A stretch of DNA of 64,000 bases from contig CAVSBW010000009.1 in the NCBI GenBank assembly GCA_963726295.1, positions 629 through 64,628 on the forward strand, read 5' to 3'. This document shows positions 48,001 through 58,100 of the stretch, in pieces; within the stretch, counting starts at the first letter, position 1, and every line of letters starts with the position of its first letter. Below the pieces are notes generated by a model that was not told the DNA's origin, made no database searches, and saw nothing but the letters and a program-made list of their open reading frames with translations. The stretch is from an uncultured Actinomycetota bacterium. GTDB lineage: Bacteria; Actinomycetota; Actinomycetes; Actinomycetales; Dermatophilaceae. Made by a program: the position numbers and the translations under genes.

Positions 48001-48147
48001 GACGGCCATTTCCACTACGCCAAGGCCCTCTTCGACGAGACGACGGTGCGCGGCATGGCCGACGAGATGGTCCGCCACCTGACCCGCGTCGCGGCCGAGC
48101 ACCGTCCTCCCCCCGCCCCGTTCGACCCGACAAGGAGATCATCGTGA
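45019..48147 (+). CDS. NRPS, A-T-C* (terminal C domain has HExxxD)
   Basis: From GTG 45019 (VTATRTDPDV). A: [78 protein letters not shown]: FFSLGGDSLRAVQAI. C: LSAAQWRLLL, TVHEIAADHRS. Confidence 0.85.
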   Translation: MTATRTDPDVTVTVGSADGGPEEDRTVPGLILARARRRPRAVAVEAVDGRLTYGSLVDRAGAVARHLRALGISGGDVVAVDVERTIDLVPALLGVQLSGAAYLPLDPGHPRERVESILADTRTAVLLTDDAHRSPPGAGRTVPMSQIHPAEGTDGLGASPDAAAYVIHTSGSTGRPKGVMVGHRALTNLILSLRDLFGLPEDCVLPAVTTVSFDIAGLELFLPLTGGGTVVLGEPADARDPHRLTALVERAGASVLQATPTSWRLLLAAGWQPPPGFTVLCGGERLPSDVADDLLTDATVLWDLYGPTETTIWSAVTRYERGTTPRFHPVRGTSLVVLDGALDPVPDGSPGELYIGGPGLAEGYLGRPGATAGRFIAHPWSHGARLYRTGDLARRLPDGRTEILGRTDDQVKIRGFRVEPGEIEAALVRHPGVASAAVAAEQTDHGARLVAHVCASDPADHPDEGTLRRHLGQRLPEYMVPAEFRAVERLPTTPNGKLDRAALAAPDGRRSGAPVAAPRSPASAPPAADDKGSPGPGSEVVVARVLAEALDRDHVGVHDDFFSLGGDSLRAVQAILRLNAELGTELPVNTLFEMRTGYGLARLVDGDIVPEPTLEALPKAQPHQLSAAQWRLLLHQTHAPESVLHNRALALRVPDDVDVDAVRDAVDGLVARHGTLRTRYVVDAAGLPRPVLEEPGRTPVTLVDADPAATLADELSRPFDLAGSVPVRARVVRGPDGGSYVVLTVHEIAADHRSRALLVRQLRAAFRGHPVPDPPFDYVDYAAWQRELAGGPNTQRHLDYWRATLAGLDPADLRTDRPRPSRRVRSAGAVRFSLPREVVAGTHDLAADHDAPLAVGLLAGLVAVLDRYTTGSDVTVGVHTDGAEHPDLEQMVGAFESTVPLRVRTADADAPGQLLGRVREAAISALGHASPPLEDVVSATVGCVAPSAPGRNPLFDVSFALRAPTGLSDLDVPPCAEAAVDLHCELTELPDGGVDGHFHYAKALFDETTVRGMADEMVRHLTRVAAEHRPPPAPFDPTRRSS

Positions 48148-49637
48148 CCCCCTCGACCCAGGAGTCCCCCGGCACCGTCCGTGCCGTCCCGGTTCCCGCC
48201 GACGGCACGAGGACGTACGCCCGGCTCTGGCCGCTGCAGTACCTCTCGGGCTTCGCCATCGCCGTGGCTACCCTGGCCATCACGATCCGGGCTGACGCCT
48301 TTGCCGGCTTCTTCACCGGCTCCGCAGTGCTGCTCGCGCTCGCCCACTCACTGACGTTCTTGGCGTTCACCCCGGTGGGCGTCGTGTCCGGCCGGCTCGT
48401 CGACCGCTGGGGGCCGCGGCGGGTTCTCGTCGGCAGCAACGTCGGCTACCTCGTGATCATGGTCGTGGCGCTGCTCGCCCTCGCCGCCGCCTTCTTCCCA
48501 CCATGGCTCGCGATCGCCCTCCTGCTCGCGCGGACAGGCTCGCAGTCCGCCCAGCTGACGGCGCTCGAGTCATCGGTCCCGCGGCTGTTCTCGCGACGTG
48601 ACCTCATCCGCGCCAACGGGCCGCGGATGATCTTCACCGCGTCGGTGGCGGGCTTCGAGGGACCCATCGCCGCCGTGCTCTTCCCCGTCGCCGGGCTGCT
48701 GGCCCTCATCGGGGCGACCGTGGTGGTGCTCGTCGTCTCGCTCGTCGGTGCCGTCCGCGCCGGCATCCCCGACAACCCGGTCCCGCCCCCCGGCGCCGAG
48801 CCCGCGGACCGGACCTACCGCCCCCTGGCCGCCCACGTGCGCCGGCGGCCCGGGCTCGTCATCGTGATCGGAGCCTTCGCGCTATTCAACTTCGTCCTGG
48901 GCTTCTGCGAGCTGTCCGACCGCCAGGTCACCGCGAGCCTCGGCTCGGAGGCGACCACCAGCGCGGTCCTCGGTGTCGGCTTCCTCTTCATGATCGCCAC
49001 CACGGTCGGCATCACGCTGCGCGGCACCCCCCGGGGTCACGCCCGCTGGCTGCGGATCTGTTTCCTCGCCACCGGGGGCGCGATGGTCCTCGGGTCCCTC
49101 CGACCCAACATCTTCCTCGTGACGGTGGCCGTCGTCGTCTTCCTCGTGAGCGCGACCCTCATCATGGCAATCGTCAGCACCCTCCTCCACGCCAACACCG
49201 AGCCCAGCATCATGGGCCGGATGATGGGGGTCAAGACGACGACGATCGGGCTCTTCTACGGCAGCGGCTGCGTCGCGGCCGCCCTCTTCTCGAACACTCC
49301 CGAGGCGCTGGCAGGGGGCGAGCGGGTCAGCGGCGGGCTGCTCGGCGCCGTCGTCGGGTCGGGTGAGGCCTACGGCCGGGTCTACGCCTTCCTCACCCTC
49401 GTCCTCGGGGTCGTGGTCCTCGCACTGACCCTTGGCGTCGGCCGGCACCGCACCCTTCGCGCCCTCGACGACCCGAGCGTGGCCGAGAGCACGCTTCCCC
49501 GCCGTCCGGCGGCGGATGAGTGGCTCGAGGCCCGCGGGACGACGACGGCGGGCACGGCCCCGCGCGACGCCGGACCCGTGGAGCGCAACGCCGACCGCGC
49601 CGAGGAGCTCGCCGCTAACCGGCCTGGCGCCGGATGA
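48144..49637 (+). CDS. MFS transporter (paralogue of 32222..33634)
   Basis: GTG 48144 overlaps the NRPS stop. It has the LVDRWGPRR motif and many hydrophobic helices. Confidence 0.75.
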   Translation: MTPSTQESPGTVRAVPVPADGTRTYARLWPLQYLSGFAIAVATLAITIRADAFAGFFTGSAVLLALAHSLTFLAFTPVGVVSGRLVDRWGPRRVLVGSNVGYLVIMVVALLALAAAFFPPWLAIALLLARTGSQSAQLTALESSVPRLFSRRDLIRANGPRMIFTASVAGFEGPIAAVLFPVAGLLALIGATVVVLVVSLVGAVRAGIPDNPVPPPGAEPADRTYRPLAAHVRRRPGLVIVIGAFALFNFVLGFCELSDRQVTASLGSEATTSAVLGVGFLFMIATTVGITLRGTPRGHARWLRICFLATGGAMVLGSLRPNIFLVTVAVVVFLVSATLIMAIVSTLLHANTEPSIMGRMMGVKTTTIGLFYGSGCVAAALFSNTPEALAGGERVSGGLLGAVVGSGEAYGRVYAFLTLVLGVVVLALTLGVGRHRTLRALDDPSVAESTLPRRPAADEWLEARGTTTAGTAPRDAGPVERNADRAEELAANRPGAG

Positions 49638-50835
49638 AGTCGGCGGCGACCCGCGGGAGGTAGTCGGCCGCCTGGAACAACGTCGTGTGGTCGCCGTGCG
49701 GCTGCACCCGCAGTGACGCATGGCGCAGCCCCCCGGCCACTCGCCGGGAGCCCTCGGGATGGGCGGTCTCGTCGTCGGTGCTCGTCACGACGAGAGTCGG
49801 CTGGCTGACGGCAGCGAGGAACGGCGTCACGTCGGTGCGAGCCAGCGTGCCGTTGAGGCGGCAGTACCGGTGGAAGAGGTCGGCGGTCGTGTAGGGGTAC
49901 AGCACGAGATGGGCCAACTCGGCGGGCGTGTTCGTGAGCGTCACCTGGCAGAACGCCGCCTGCACCGAGCGGGCGGCCGCCCGGCTGGTCGCGGCGACCG
50001 TCATGAGCTCGATGAGGTCGTTCTGGAAGGTCGTCCGCGGTGACCCGCCGGCGAGCTCGTACGCCCCGTGCCAGAGGCTGAGCGAGCGGACCCGGTCCGG
50101 TCTCGCGGCCGCCGCGGCCAGGCCGATGACCGCCCCTCCGCACAGGCCGACGACGTGCGCCGACTCGGCGCCGAAGTGGTCCATCAGGCGGAACATGTCC
50201 TCGGCCTGCACCGCCGCGTCCACGCGGAGGGCATCCCCGTCGGAGCCGTAGTCCTCGACGAGGGGGGCGCCGAACATCCCCCGGGTCTCCCACGTGAGCA
50301 CCCGGTGGTCCCGGGCGAGGTAGCGCAGCCACGGCTCGGCCAGCCGAGCCGGCATCCCGCAGGCGGTCGCGAGGACCACCACCTCCGCGCCGTTCCCGGC
50401 GCCGTAGACGGTCAGCGGGAGGCCGTCACTCGCGGCGGTGCTCTGCCGCTGGAACACGGCGTCGAGCCCGGTCGACACCGCCTCGTCGGCGGCCCTGTCG
50501 ACCGCGGGGTCGTCGGGGTCGACGGGCAGCGTGTCGATCACGTCCGCGAGCGCGAGCCGGGTACTGACGACCCGCTCGAACACCCCGAGCGCGGCGGCGT
50601 CCGGATGGGGCTCGAACACTAGCCCGTCCACACCGACGCGGGACGCCACCCGGCGGAGCAGGCGGACCCACGCGCTCCCCAGGCCCGCCACCTCGGGGGG
50701 CGGGGGGCCGGTGCCGTCGGAGCGCAGGGGGACGATCCGGACCGGAGCCGTCAGCTGGGCCACCAGGGGCCCGACCGCGAGGAGGGAGTCGGCGAGCCGT
50801 CCGACGGCCGGCCGGGTGCCGGGCGGGGCCACCAC
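49615..50835 (-). CDS. SyrC/CmaE-like alpha/beta-hydrolase-fold aminoacyltransferase (Cys nucleophile)
   Basis: 406-aa ORF (GTG start). The nucleophile elbow is VVGLCGGAV (GxCxG) rather than GxSxG. It lies directly downstream of the halogenase gene, as syrC follows syrB2. Confidence 0.65.
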   Translation of the reverse strand: MVAPPGTRPAVGRLADSLLAVGPLVAQLTAPVRIVPLRSDGTGPPPPEVAGLGSAWVRLLRRVASRVGVDGLVFEPHPDAAALGVFERVVSTRLALADVIDTLPVDPDDPAVDRAADEAVSTGLDAVFQRQSTAASDGLPLTVYGAGNGAEVVVLATACGMPARLAEPWLRYLARDHRVLTWETRGMFGAPLVEDYGSDGDALRVDAAVQAEDMFRLMDHFGAESAHVVGLCGGAVIGLAAAAARPDRVRSLSLWHGAYELAGGSPRTTFQNDLIELMTVAATSRAAARSVQAAFCQVTLTNTPAELAHLVLYPYTTADLFHRYCRLNGTLARTDVTPFLAAVSQPTLVVTSTDDETAHPEGSRRVAGGLRHASLRVQPHGDHTTLFQAADYLPRVAADFIRRQAG

Positions 50836-50844
50836 GCCGGCGGC

Positions 50845-51798
50845 TCAGCCGACCGGGAACGCGTGTCCGCGCGTGGTCGTGGTGACCTTGCGGTTGTGCG
50901 TGTAGGTGTCGACGCCGGAGACGAGGACGGCCCCGTAGTCCCGGAGGCTCACCCGCCCGCCGTACTCGTCGACGTCGTCGGTGTCGGGGTAGATCTCGAC
51001 GCACGTCGGCACGTAGCGGCCCGCGTAGCCGAGCCGCATCTCCTTGTCCGGCGCGCTGTGGGGCTTGGACGCGTGCATGAGCGTCGACCAGAACATGATC
51101 GCCTGACCGGGCTTCATGACCATCGAGACCGCCTCCTCCTCCGGCGGGCGCCAGTGCGGGTCCTTCTGCAGGTCGCGGTAGTCGTACCCGTAGAAGCCGC
51201 GACTGACGCCGTCCTTGTCCTGGCCGTTGATCAGCTCCGGCTGGTAGTGCATCCCGCCGGTCTCGTCGTAGTGCATCGCGCGGTGAGAGCCGGGGATGAA
51301 CTGCAGGCAGCCGGTGTCCTCGGCCGCCTCGGTGAAGGCGGTCCAGACCGTGATCGTGCCGCCGAACTCCCTCTGACCCTCCGGCCAGACGATCTGGGGC
51401 TTGCCGGACGCGAAAGCGAAGGTGTCGGCCTGGTGCCAGTCGGTGCCCTCGTCGCCGGGGTACTTGGGGAAGAACTCGCTGCGCCAGCAGAGCACGTTGG
51501 GTCCGAGCACCGCGGCCACGCGGTCGACGATCTCGCGCCGGCAGACGTGGTCGGCTAGGAACGTCGAGTCGAGGTGCCGGTCGTAGTTGGCGATGTTCGT
51601 GTTGCCGGCGTAGGCGTCCTCGTCGTACACGGCGTGGCTGCGGTTCATGAGCCGGAGCCGCTCGCGGCGCCAGAGCCGCCGCATCTCCTCCTCCTCGTAG
51701 ACCGTGAACGGCCCGAGGTAGCCGCGTTCCTGGAACGAGGCGATCTCCTCCTCCGTCGGGGTGAAGGTCGGCCGGGCGTTGTGGGCTGTGCTCGTCAT
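50845..51798 (-). CDS. SyrB2-type non-heme Fe(II)/2-oxoglutarate halogenase (HxA motif)
   Basis: In-frame part of ORF 50845..52086 from ATG 51798 ([12 protein letters not shown]...). Blocks [55 protein letters not shown] and [11 protein letters not shown] match my recollection of P. syringae SyrB2 very closely. H122-Q-A124 was verified at nucleotide level (CAC CAG GCC, 51435..51427). Confidence 0.85.
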   Translation of the reverse strand: MTSTAHNARPTFTPTEEEIASFQERGYLGPFTVYEEEEMRRLWRRERLRLMNRSHAVYDEDAYAGNTNIANYDRHLDSTFLADHVCRREIVDRVAAVLGPNVLCWRSEFFPKYPGDEGTDWHQADTFAFASGKPQIVWPEGQREFGGTITVWTAFTEAAEDTGCLQFIPGSHRAMHYDETGGMHYQPELINGQDKDGVSRGFYGYDYRDLQKDPHWRPPEEEAVSMVMKPGQAIMFWSTLMHASKPHSAPDKEMRLGYAGRYVPTCVEIYPDTDDVDEYGGRVSLRDYGAVLVSGVDTYTHNRKVTTTTRGHAFPVG

Positions 51799-52058
51799 GG
51801 GGTGGCTCCTGCCGTCGCCGGTGTCGTGGGGTCGAGGTGCTGGGCCACGAGCTCGGAGAGGGCGTCGACGCTGGCCTCCTCGAGCTCGCCGACGTCGACG
51901 GCGACGTCGTAGCGCTCGCTGATCCGGGCCACGGCCCGGATGAACGCGAGCGACGTGGCGCCCTGGTCGAAGACGTCGACGGCCGGGTCGACGTCGCGAC
52001 CGAGCATCGTGGTGACGATCTCGTGGACCGTCCGCCGCACGTCGGGCGGTGCCGTCAT
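51795..52058 (-). CDS. Stand-alone peptidyl carrier protein
   Basis: 87-aa ORF with [16 protein letters not shown] (carrier-protein Ser motif). ATGA overlap with the halogenase start (51795-51798). Confidence 0.75.
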   Translation of the reverse strand: MTAPPDVRRTVHEIVTTMLGRDVDPAVDVFDQGATSLAFIRAVARISERYDVAVDVGELEEASVDALSELVAQHLDPTTPATAGATP

Positions 52059-52082
52059 GATGTCGCCTCCTGTCGTGCTGGT

Positions 52083-53645
52083 TCACTGTCCGAGGGCATC
52101 GCGATCCACCTTTCCTTGCGGGGTCATCGGCATCTCCGAGACGACTTCGTAGAGAGAGGGACGAACGTGCCGTGGCAGCTGCGCCATCGCCCGCCGCTCG
52201 GCGGCGGCGGCGAGGCCCGCCGCAGACCCCTCGGCGCCGGTGGGCGGGGAGCCCCCCTCTGGGAGGAGGTACGCGACGAGCCGCACGTCGTCGGTGGCGA
52301 CCTCACGTGCGGCGACGACGGCGCGCCCGACCCCGGGCACCCGACAGAGACAGAGCTCGACCTCACCCGGCTCGATGCGGAAGCCGCGGACCTTCAACTG
52401 GTCGTCCACCCGGCCGGCATAGGTGAGCTCACCGTCGGGCAGACGCACCGCGCGGTCCCCGGTGCGGTAGACGCGCTCCTCCCCCAGCCCGGGGGGATCG
52501 GTGAGGAAGCGGGTGGCGGTCAGCTCGGGCCGGTCCAGGTAGCCGCGCGCCACTCCGCCACCGGCGACGTACACCTCGCCGGGCTCGCCGTCGGGGACCG
52601 GCGCACCGGTCGTGTCCAGTAGGTGCAGGCGCAGGTCGGGGATGGGGACGCCGATGGGGCTGCCCTCGTCGTCGAGGTCCGCGGCCGTGATCCGCCGGTA
52701 GGTGCAGTGCACCGTGGTCTCGGTGATCCCGTACATGTTCGCGAGCGCCGGCCGCCGGTCTCCGTGCCGCTCGACCCACGGCCGGAGCAGCCGGGGCTGC
52801 AGTCGTTCCCCGCCGAAGACCACGTGGCGCAGCGCCAGTCCGTCGGTCACGTGGGCAGGCTGCCGGGGAGCGAACAGAACGGTGAGGAGCTGAGCGAAGG
52901 CCGAGGGCGTCTGGTTGAGCACCGTGACGCCCTCCGCGCGCAGCAGGGCGACGAGGGCGAGCGGCGCCCGCGCCGTGGTCTCCGGCAGCACGACCAGCCT
53001 GCCGCCGTGGAGCAGCGCCCCCCACACCTCCCACACGGAGAAGTCGAAGCTCAGGGAGTGGAACTGTGCCCACACGTCGTGCTCGTCGAAGCCGAACCAG
53101 GTCGCGGTCTGCTCGAAGAGGCGCACGACGTTGCGGTGCTCGACGGTGACACCCTTCGGTCGTCCGGTCGAGCCCGAGGTGTAGATGACGTAGGCGAGGT
53201 CGGTGGCGCCGACGGCCGGATCCGGCACGGGCAGGTCGAGGGCGTCCGCGTCGTCGTCGAGGAGGACCGGGTCCGGCCCCGTGCCCGCGAGGGCCTCGGC
53301 GCTGGCGGACGTCGCGACGACGACCGGTGCGGCGCAGTCCGTGAGGAGGTACTCGACCCGCTCGGCGGGGTAGCCGGGGTCCACCGGGACGTACGCCCCA
53401 CCAGCCTTGAGGATGCCGAGCATGCCGACGACGGCGTCGAGGCCACGCGGCGCGCAGAGCGCGACGAGCACGTCCCGGCCGACGCCGCGGGCCGCCAGCC
53501 GGGCGGCCACGCGGTCGCTGCGCGCGTCGAGATCCCCGTACGTGAGGAACCCGGGGCGGGCGGTGACCGCGACCCGCTCGGGCGCGGCCCGGGCACGCGC
53601 CCGGAAGAGCGTGTGCAGACAGCTGTCGGGGAGGGCCACCGGCAT
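52083..53645 (-). CDS. Stand-alone adenylation enzyme (no T domain)
   Basis: In-frame part of ORF 52083..54050 from ATG 53645 ([14 protein letters not shown]), with a GGAGGAGAG RBS. Motifs: [89 protein letters not shown]. Confidence 0.85.
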   Translation of the reverse strand: MPVALPDSCLHTLFRARARAAPERVAVTARPGFLTYGDLDARSDRVAARLAARGVGRDVLVALCAPRGLDAVVGMLGILKAGGAYVPVDPGYPAERVEYLLTDCAAPVVVATSASAEALAGTGPDPVLLDDDADALDLPVPDPAVGATDLAYVIYTSGSTGRPKGVTVEHRNVVRLFEQTATWFGFDEHDVWAQFHSLSFDFSVWEVWGALLHGGRLVVLPETTARAPLALVALLRAEGVTVLNQTPSAFAQLLTVLFAPRQPAHVTDGLALRHVVFGGERLQPRLLRPWVERHGDRRPALANMYGITETTVHCTYRRITAADLDDEGSPIGVPIPDLRLHLLDTTGAPVPDGEPGEVYVAGGGVARGYLDRPELTATRFLTDPPGLGEERVYRTGDRAVRLPDGELTYAGRVDDQLKVRGFRIEPGEVELCLCRVPGVGRAVVAAREVATDDVRLVAYLLPEGGSPPTGAEGSAAGLAAAAERRAMAQLPRHVRPSLYEVVSEMPMTPQGKVDRDALGQ

Positions 53646-53756
53646 CTCTCCTCCCTCTCGCCCAGTGGCTGCGACGCTACGGACGGGCAGCGGACGCCTG
53701 AAGTCACCGGTATGGGCTACTCGCCGGGCCCCCGCCACGCGCAGGACACTGCGTCC

Positions 53757-54008
53757 ATGACTGCGCCTCCCCTCGTCGACGAGCTGACCGACCGGATCCT
53801 CGCGCTGGCCCGCGAGGTGCTGCGGGCGCCTGACCTGGAGCCCGACGACGAGCTGACCCAGCAGGGGGGCACGTCTCTCTCCCTCGTAAGGATCATCGCG
53901 AGGACCCACGACTCGCTCGGCGTGGACATCGACCCCCGCGACCTCGCCGGGGGGTTCACCGCGCGGGGTCTCGCCGAGGCCGCGCAGCCCCTTCCCCCGC
54001 GGCGCTGA
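53757..54008 (+). CDS. Second stand-alone peptidyl carrier protein
   Basis: In-frame C-terminal part of ORF 52623..54008 from ATG 53757: MTAPPLVDELTDRILALAREVL...ELTQQGGTSLSLVRII... It is divergent from the A-enzyme gene. Confidence 0.7.
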   Translation: MTAPPLVDELTDRILALAREVLRAPDLEPDDELTQQGGTSLSLVRIIARTHDSLGVDIDPRDLAGGFTARGLAEAAQPLPPRR

Positions 54009-54013
54009 CGGTC

Positions 54014-55186
54014 GTGCTGTCCGTCGCCCGCGGTGCCGGCCGTGCGGCACCGCCGGACGCGGTGGGTGCCGTGGTGGAGGCGGTGCGCCAGCTCGAGGGC
54101 CTCACCGCGCAGGTCGGCCCGTTCGCCCTGCCACCGGACACCTGCACTCATGCCCCGGAGGTGGTCGGCGCGGTCTGCCGCGAGCTCGGCGTCCCGCTCA
54201 CCTTCGACGGCCACGACGGCGACCACGTCGCCATCGCCCTCGCGGCCGAGATCCGCCGGGCCGAGCACGGCCTGGCGGGCGCAGACCCGTCGGCGACGGC
54301 GGCGGCCGCCCGTCGCTGCGCGGACGAGGAGGACGCCGGCCACGAGCGGCACGTGGTCCGAACGACGGACGGGGCGGAGGTCGCCGCGGTCGCCGCCGGA
54401 CCGCGGGACGCGCCGTGCGTCCTCGTGTCCCCACCCCCAGGGCTGAGCCTGCGGCTCTCGCTGCCGTGGCTGCGCGCGCTCGGCTCCCGGTACCGCTGCG
54501 TGGTGCCCCAGAGCCGCGGCACGAGCGGTCCTCTCGGGGACCCGGGGGGGTTCGACCGGCAGGACCCCGACCTCGCCGACCAGGTGTCGGACCTGCTCGC
54601 CGTCATGGACGCGCTGTCGACCGGTCCCGTCCATGTCATGGGGGTGTGCGGTGGCTCGGGGCCGGCTCTGGCGGCGACCTCACGCCGCCCGGACCGGATC
54701 ACGTCCGTGAGCGTCTGGCACCCCGATCTCGACCTCGGCGGTGAGGCGGAGCAGACCGACCATCAGATGAACCTCCGGGCCCTCGTCGACCTCGCCGGCG
54801 AGTCTCGGGACACGGCTGACTGGCTGCGCACCAAGATCGTCAGCGGGCCGATGACCGGGGTCCCCGAGGGGATCGGACCCCTCGTCGTGCGCCCCTACGC
54901 CACGGCGGAGCTCTTCTACCGGTACGCGAGGCTCACCGCGGCGACCGTCCACTGGGACTGCCGCCCGACCGCGCGGAGGCTCGGCGTCCCGTGCCTCGTC
55001 GTCACGACCGAGGACGACGCCACCACGCATCCCTCCGGATCCCGTCGCTTGGCCGAGATCGCTCCCCGGACCGAGCTCGTCGTCGGCCGGCACGGGGACC
55101 ACCTCGACGCCTTCCGCGCCGGGGCCGAACAGGTGGGCTGCCTCGTCTCCTTCCTCGAGGACGCCGTGGCGACCCCGACGTCCTGA
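54014..55186 (+). CDS. Second SyrC/CmaE-like Cys-nucleophile alpha/beta hydrolase (putative aminoacyltransferase)
   Basis: 390-aa ORF (GTG start). The elbow is VMGVCGGSG. Its C-terminal half is collinear with 49615..50835 (ELFYRYARL / DLFHRYCRL; VVTTEDDATTHPSGSRR / VVTSTDDETAHPEGSRR). Confidence 0.65.
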   Translation: MLSVARGAGRAAPPDAVGAVVEAVRQLEGLTAQVGPFALPPDTCTHAPEVVGAVCRELGVPLTFDGHDGDHVAIALAAEIRRAEHGLAGADPSATAAAARRCADEEDAGHERHVVRTTDGAEVAAVAAGPRDAPCVLVSPPPGLSLRLSLPWLRALGSRYRCVVPQSRGTSGPLGDPGGFDRQDPDLADQVSDLLAVMDALSTGPVHVMGVCGGSGPALAATSRRPDRITSVSVWHPDLDLGGEAEQTDHQMNLRALVDLAGESRDTADWLRTKIVSGPMTGVPEGIGPLVVRPYATAELFYRYARLTAATVHWDCRPTARRLGVPCLVVTTEDDATTHPSGSRRLAEIAPRTELVVGRHGDHLDAFRAGAEQVGCLVSFLEDAVATPTS

Positions 55187-55193
55187 CGGCCGG

Positions 55194-58100
55194 TTAGGCC
55201 TGCTCGACCTCCCGCAGGAGCTCCTCGAGGTCCTCCGCGCCGACCTGCTCGGCCTGGGCGCCGACGATGCGTGGGGCGAGCTCGTCCACGGTCGGCGACT
55301 CGAAGACGTCCCGCACCGCCAGCTGCACCCCGAAGCCGTCCCGGACCCGCGTGATGAGCTGGGTCGCGAGCATCGAGAAGCCACCGAGCTCGAAGAAGCT
55401 GTCGTAGACCCCGACCCGCTCGATCTCGAGCAACTCCTCGATCGTCCCGGCCAGGCGGCGCTCCACCGGGGTGCGGGGCGCGGCGTAGCCGCCGTCCTGC
55501 GCGTCCTCGCTCCCGGGGCGCGGCAGGGCGCGCAGGTCGTACTCTCCCCAGGGCGTGCGCGGGAGCGCGTCGACAACGAGCACCTGGCGCGGCACGAGGT
55601 GGTCCGGGAGGTGGGCCTTGACGTGCCCCTGCACGATCGCCGGACCGCTCTCCGGGTCGGGGCCGGCCACGTAGCCCACCAGCATGGTGCCGCCCGAGCG
55701 GTCGGCGAGGGGAAGGACGACCGCGTCGCTCACGCCCGGGGCGTCGCGCAAGGCGGACAGCGTCTGGGTGGGGTCGTCGACCACCGCCCCTGCAGTGGCC
55801 ATCGTCAGCTCCAGCGTCCCGTCGGCGAGGAGGCGCCCGGCGTCGCCGGTCCGCTCGCCGCCGCACCAGATCTCGCCGAGCTCGCCGACGGCAGCCCTCA
55901 CCCCGGACTCCCGGCGCAGCTCCACCGCCGCGCCCGGGCGCGGGACACCCAGCGGGACTCGCAGCGGGGCGTCGGCCACGGCGAGCTCCGCGGGGGCCTC
56001 GTGGACGGCGGCCGGGCGCCCGTCGGCAGCCAGGCGGTACACGGCGACGAACCGGCAGCCCGGCGCCAGCTCGCGCACCGCCTCCACGTCGTGGGGCAGG
56101 AGGTCGCCGGCGTGGTCGACGACCACGCACCGCAGCGCAGGCAGGTGGGGGGGCGGGCGGTGGGTCGAGAGCGCCCGCAGGATCGGCGCATCGGCGTGGG
56201 CGACGCTGACCTCGTGCTCGCGGAGCCAGTCGGCGAGGGCCCCGACGTCCGTCCCGAACGCACGGTCGGGGATGAGGAGGGTCGCGCCCGCCTCGAAGGC
56301 ACTGCAGGCCGCGGACACGACATGCCCGGGCCGGGCGGTCAGGACGACGACCCGGTCCTGCGGAGCGAACCCGAGCCCTATGCCGGCACCGTCCCCGCCA
56401 CCGCCGACGGGGGGCTCGGGACGTGGCACGGGCTCGCCACGTGCTGGCAGGACCGCGCCGATGTCGACGGTCCCGTCGGCCACACCCCCGACCGGCCCGG
56501 GGTCGAGCACGGTCGTGAGGCCGAGGGGGCCGGTGAGCGCAGGGTCGTCGGTCTCGATCACGGTGCAGTCGAACCCGGCCTGGACGACGGCGCTGAGGAC
56601 CGCGACGAACCCGGCGGTCGGACGCCGGACCACGCCGATGGTGCCGGGCCCCGGCTCGGCGCGCCCGGCCAGCTCCTTGAGGACACGCCCGGCGGCCTCG
56701 GTCATCCACTGGTAGCTCCACGCCCCGCCCCCGTCGACGACGGCGACGCGGTCCTCGTCGCCGGTGTGCCCGTGGAGTGCCGCCAACGGCGCCTGGGGTG
56801 CGTCGGGGCCAGCCGGCGCGGGTGGCAGCGCGTCGCCGACGGGGGCGTCCAGCAGACGCGACCGGGGCTCCGAGGTCGCGGCCCCCACCAGGGTGCGCAG
56901 CTGGCGCAACAGCTCCCGACCGGTCTCCTCGTCGCACCGGTCCGCGGGGAAGTCGAGGGTGAGGCGGAGCACCCCGCCGGACTCCTGCGCGGTGAGGTTG
57001 AGGTCGTAGCGGCTGAACAGCGACGGCGTGTCCATCAGCTCGATCGCGAGGCCGCTGACCTCCTCGGCCTCGGGACTCCCCACGACGTTGAGCACCGCCT
57101 CGAAGAGCGGCGTGCGCCGCGGGTCGCGCTCGACGCCCAGGTCTCGAACCAGCTCGTCCATCGGCGCCTCGGTGTGGGCGTAGGCGTCGACGGCAGCGGC
57201 TCGGACCCGTTCGAGCAGCCGCGCGAACGGCGGATCGTCGGAGAGGTCCACTCGCAGGGGCAGGAGGTTGACGAAGAAGCCGATGAGCCTGTCCGTCGAG
57301 GTGGTGCTCCGCCCCGCGACGGGCACGCCCACGACGATGTCGCGCTGGCCCGACCACCGGGCGAGGAGCGTGGCGAAGGCCGCGTAGAGCACCATGAAGG
57401 AGGTCACGCCGTGGTCCCGGCAGAGGGCGTGCAGGGCGGCCGACTCCTCCAGGGGGAGCTCGGTGGACACCTGTCCGGCCTCGGCGCGCAGGGCGTCGGT
57501 CCGGCGCTGCGCGGTCGGCAGCGCCAGGGCGCGCGGGGCGCCCTCCAGGTGCTCGCGCCAGTGGCGAAGGCGCAGCTCGAGGGCCTCACCCGTGAGCCAT
57601 TCCCGCTGCCACACCGCGTAGTCGCGGTACTGCACCACGAGCGGGTCCAGGCCGGCCCGCCCGGGGTCCCCACCGGCGCGATACAGCGCCGTCAGCTCCC
57701 GGACAAAGAGGCCGATCGACCACGCGTCGGAGACGATGTGGTGCATCGTGATCCCGAGGACGTGCTCGTCGTCCGCCAGGCGGATGAGGACGCAGCGAAG
57801 GAGCGGCCCCGACTCGAGGTCGAAGGGCCGCTCGAGCTCCTCGTCGAGGATGTCGCGGGCCGCACGCTCGGCCGACGGGCCGTTCTCCTGGTCGCCGAGG
57901 TCGACCACGCGCAGGGCCCCGCTCTCCGCGGTCTCGTCGACGACCTGCAGCGGCGCCGTGTCGGAGGCGGGGAACCGGGTGCGCAGGGTCTCGTGGCGGC
58001 CGACGATGGCTCTGATGCTCTCCTGCAGCACGTCGACGTCGAGGGCTCCCCGGATCCGGCGGCGCCCGTGGACGTTGTAGATCGACCCCGGCAGGAGCTG

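Noticed and set aside
52083-53645. Assigning substrates from Stachelhaus codes (free A enzyme FDFSVWE = D-F-W..., NRPS-2 and the 33631 protein D-V-W..., A-T-TE FDVTFQE = D-V-Q...)
   Set aside because: I can place only the first three code positions with confidence by eye. The remaining positions need a proper alignment, so no substrate calls were made.
54916-57357. 813-aa Arg/Pro/Gly-rich minus-strand ORF
   Set aside because: It is an alternative frame of the T*-C-A*-T gene (55194..58520), which carries HHIVSDAWS and GGFS motifs. The composition is typical of off-frame high-GC translation.
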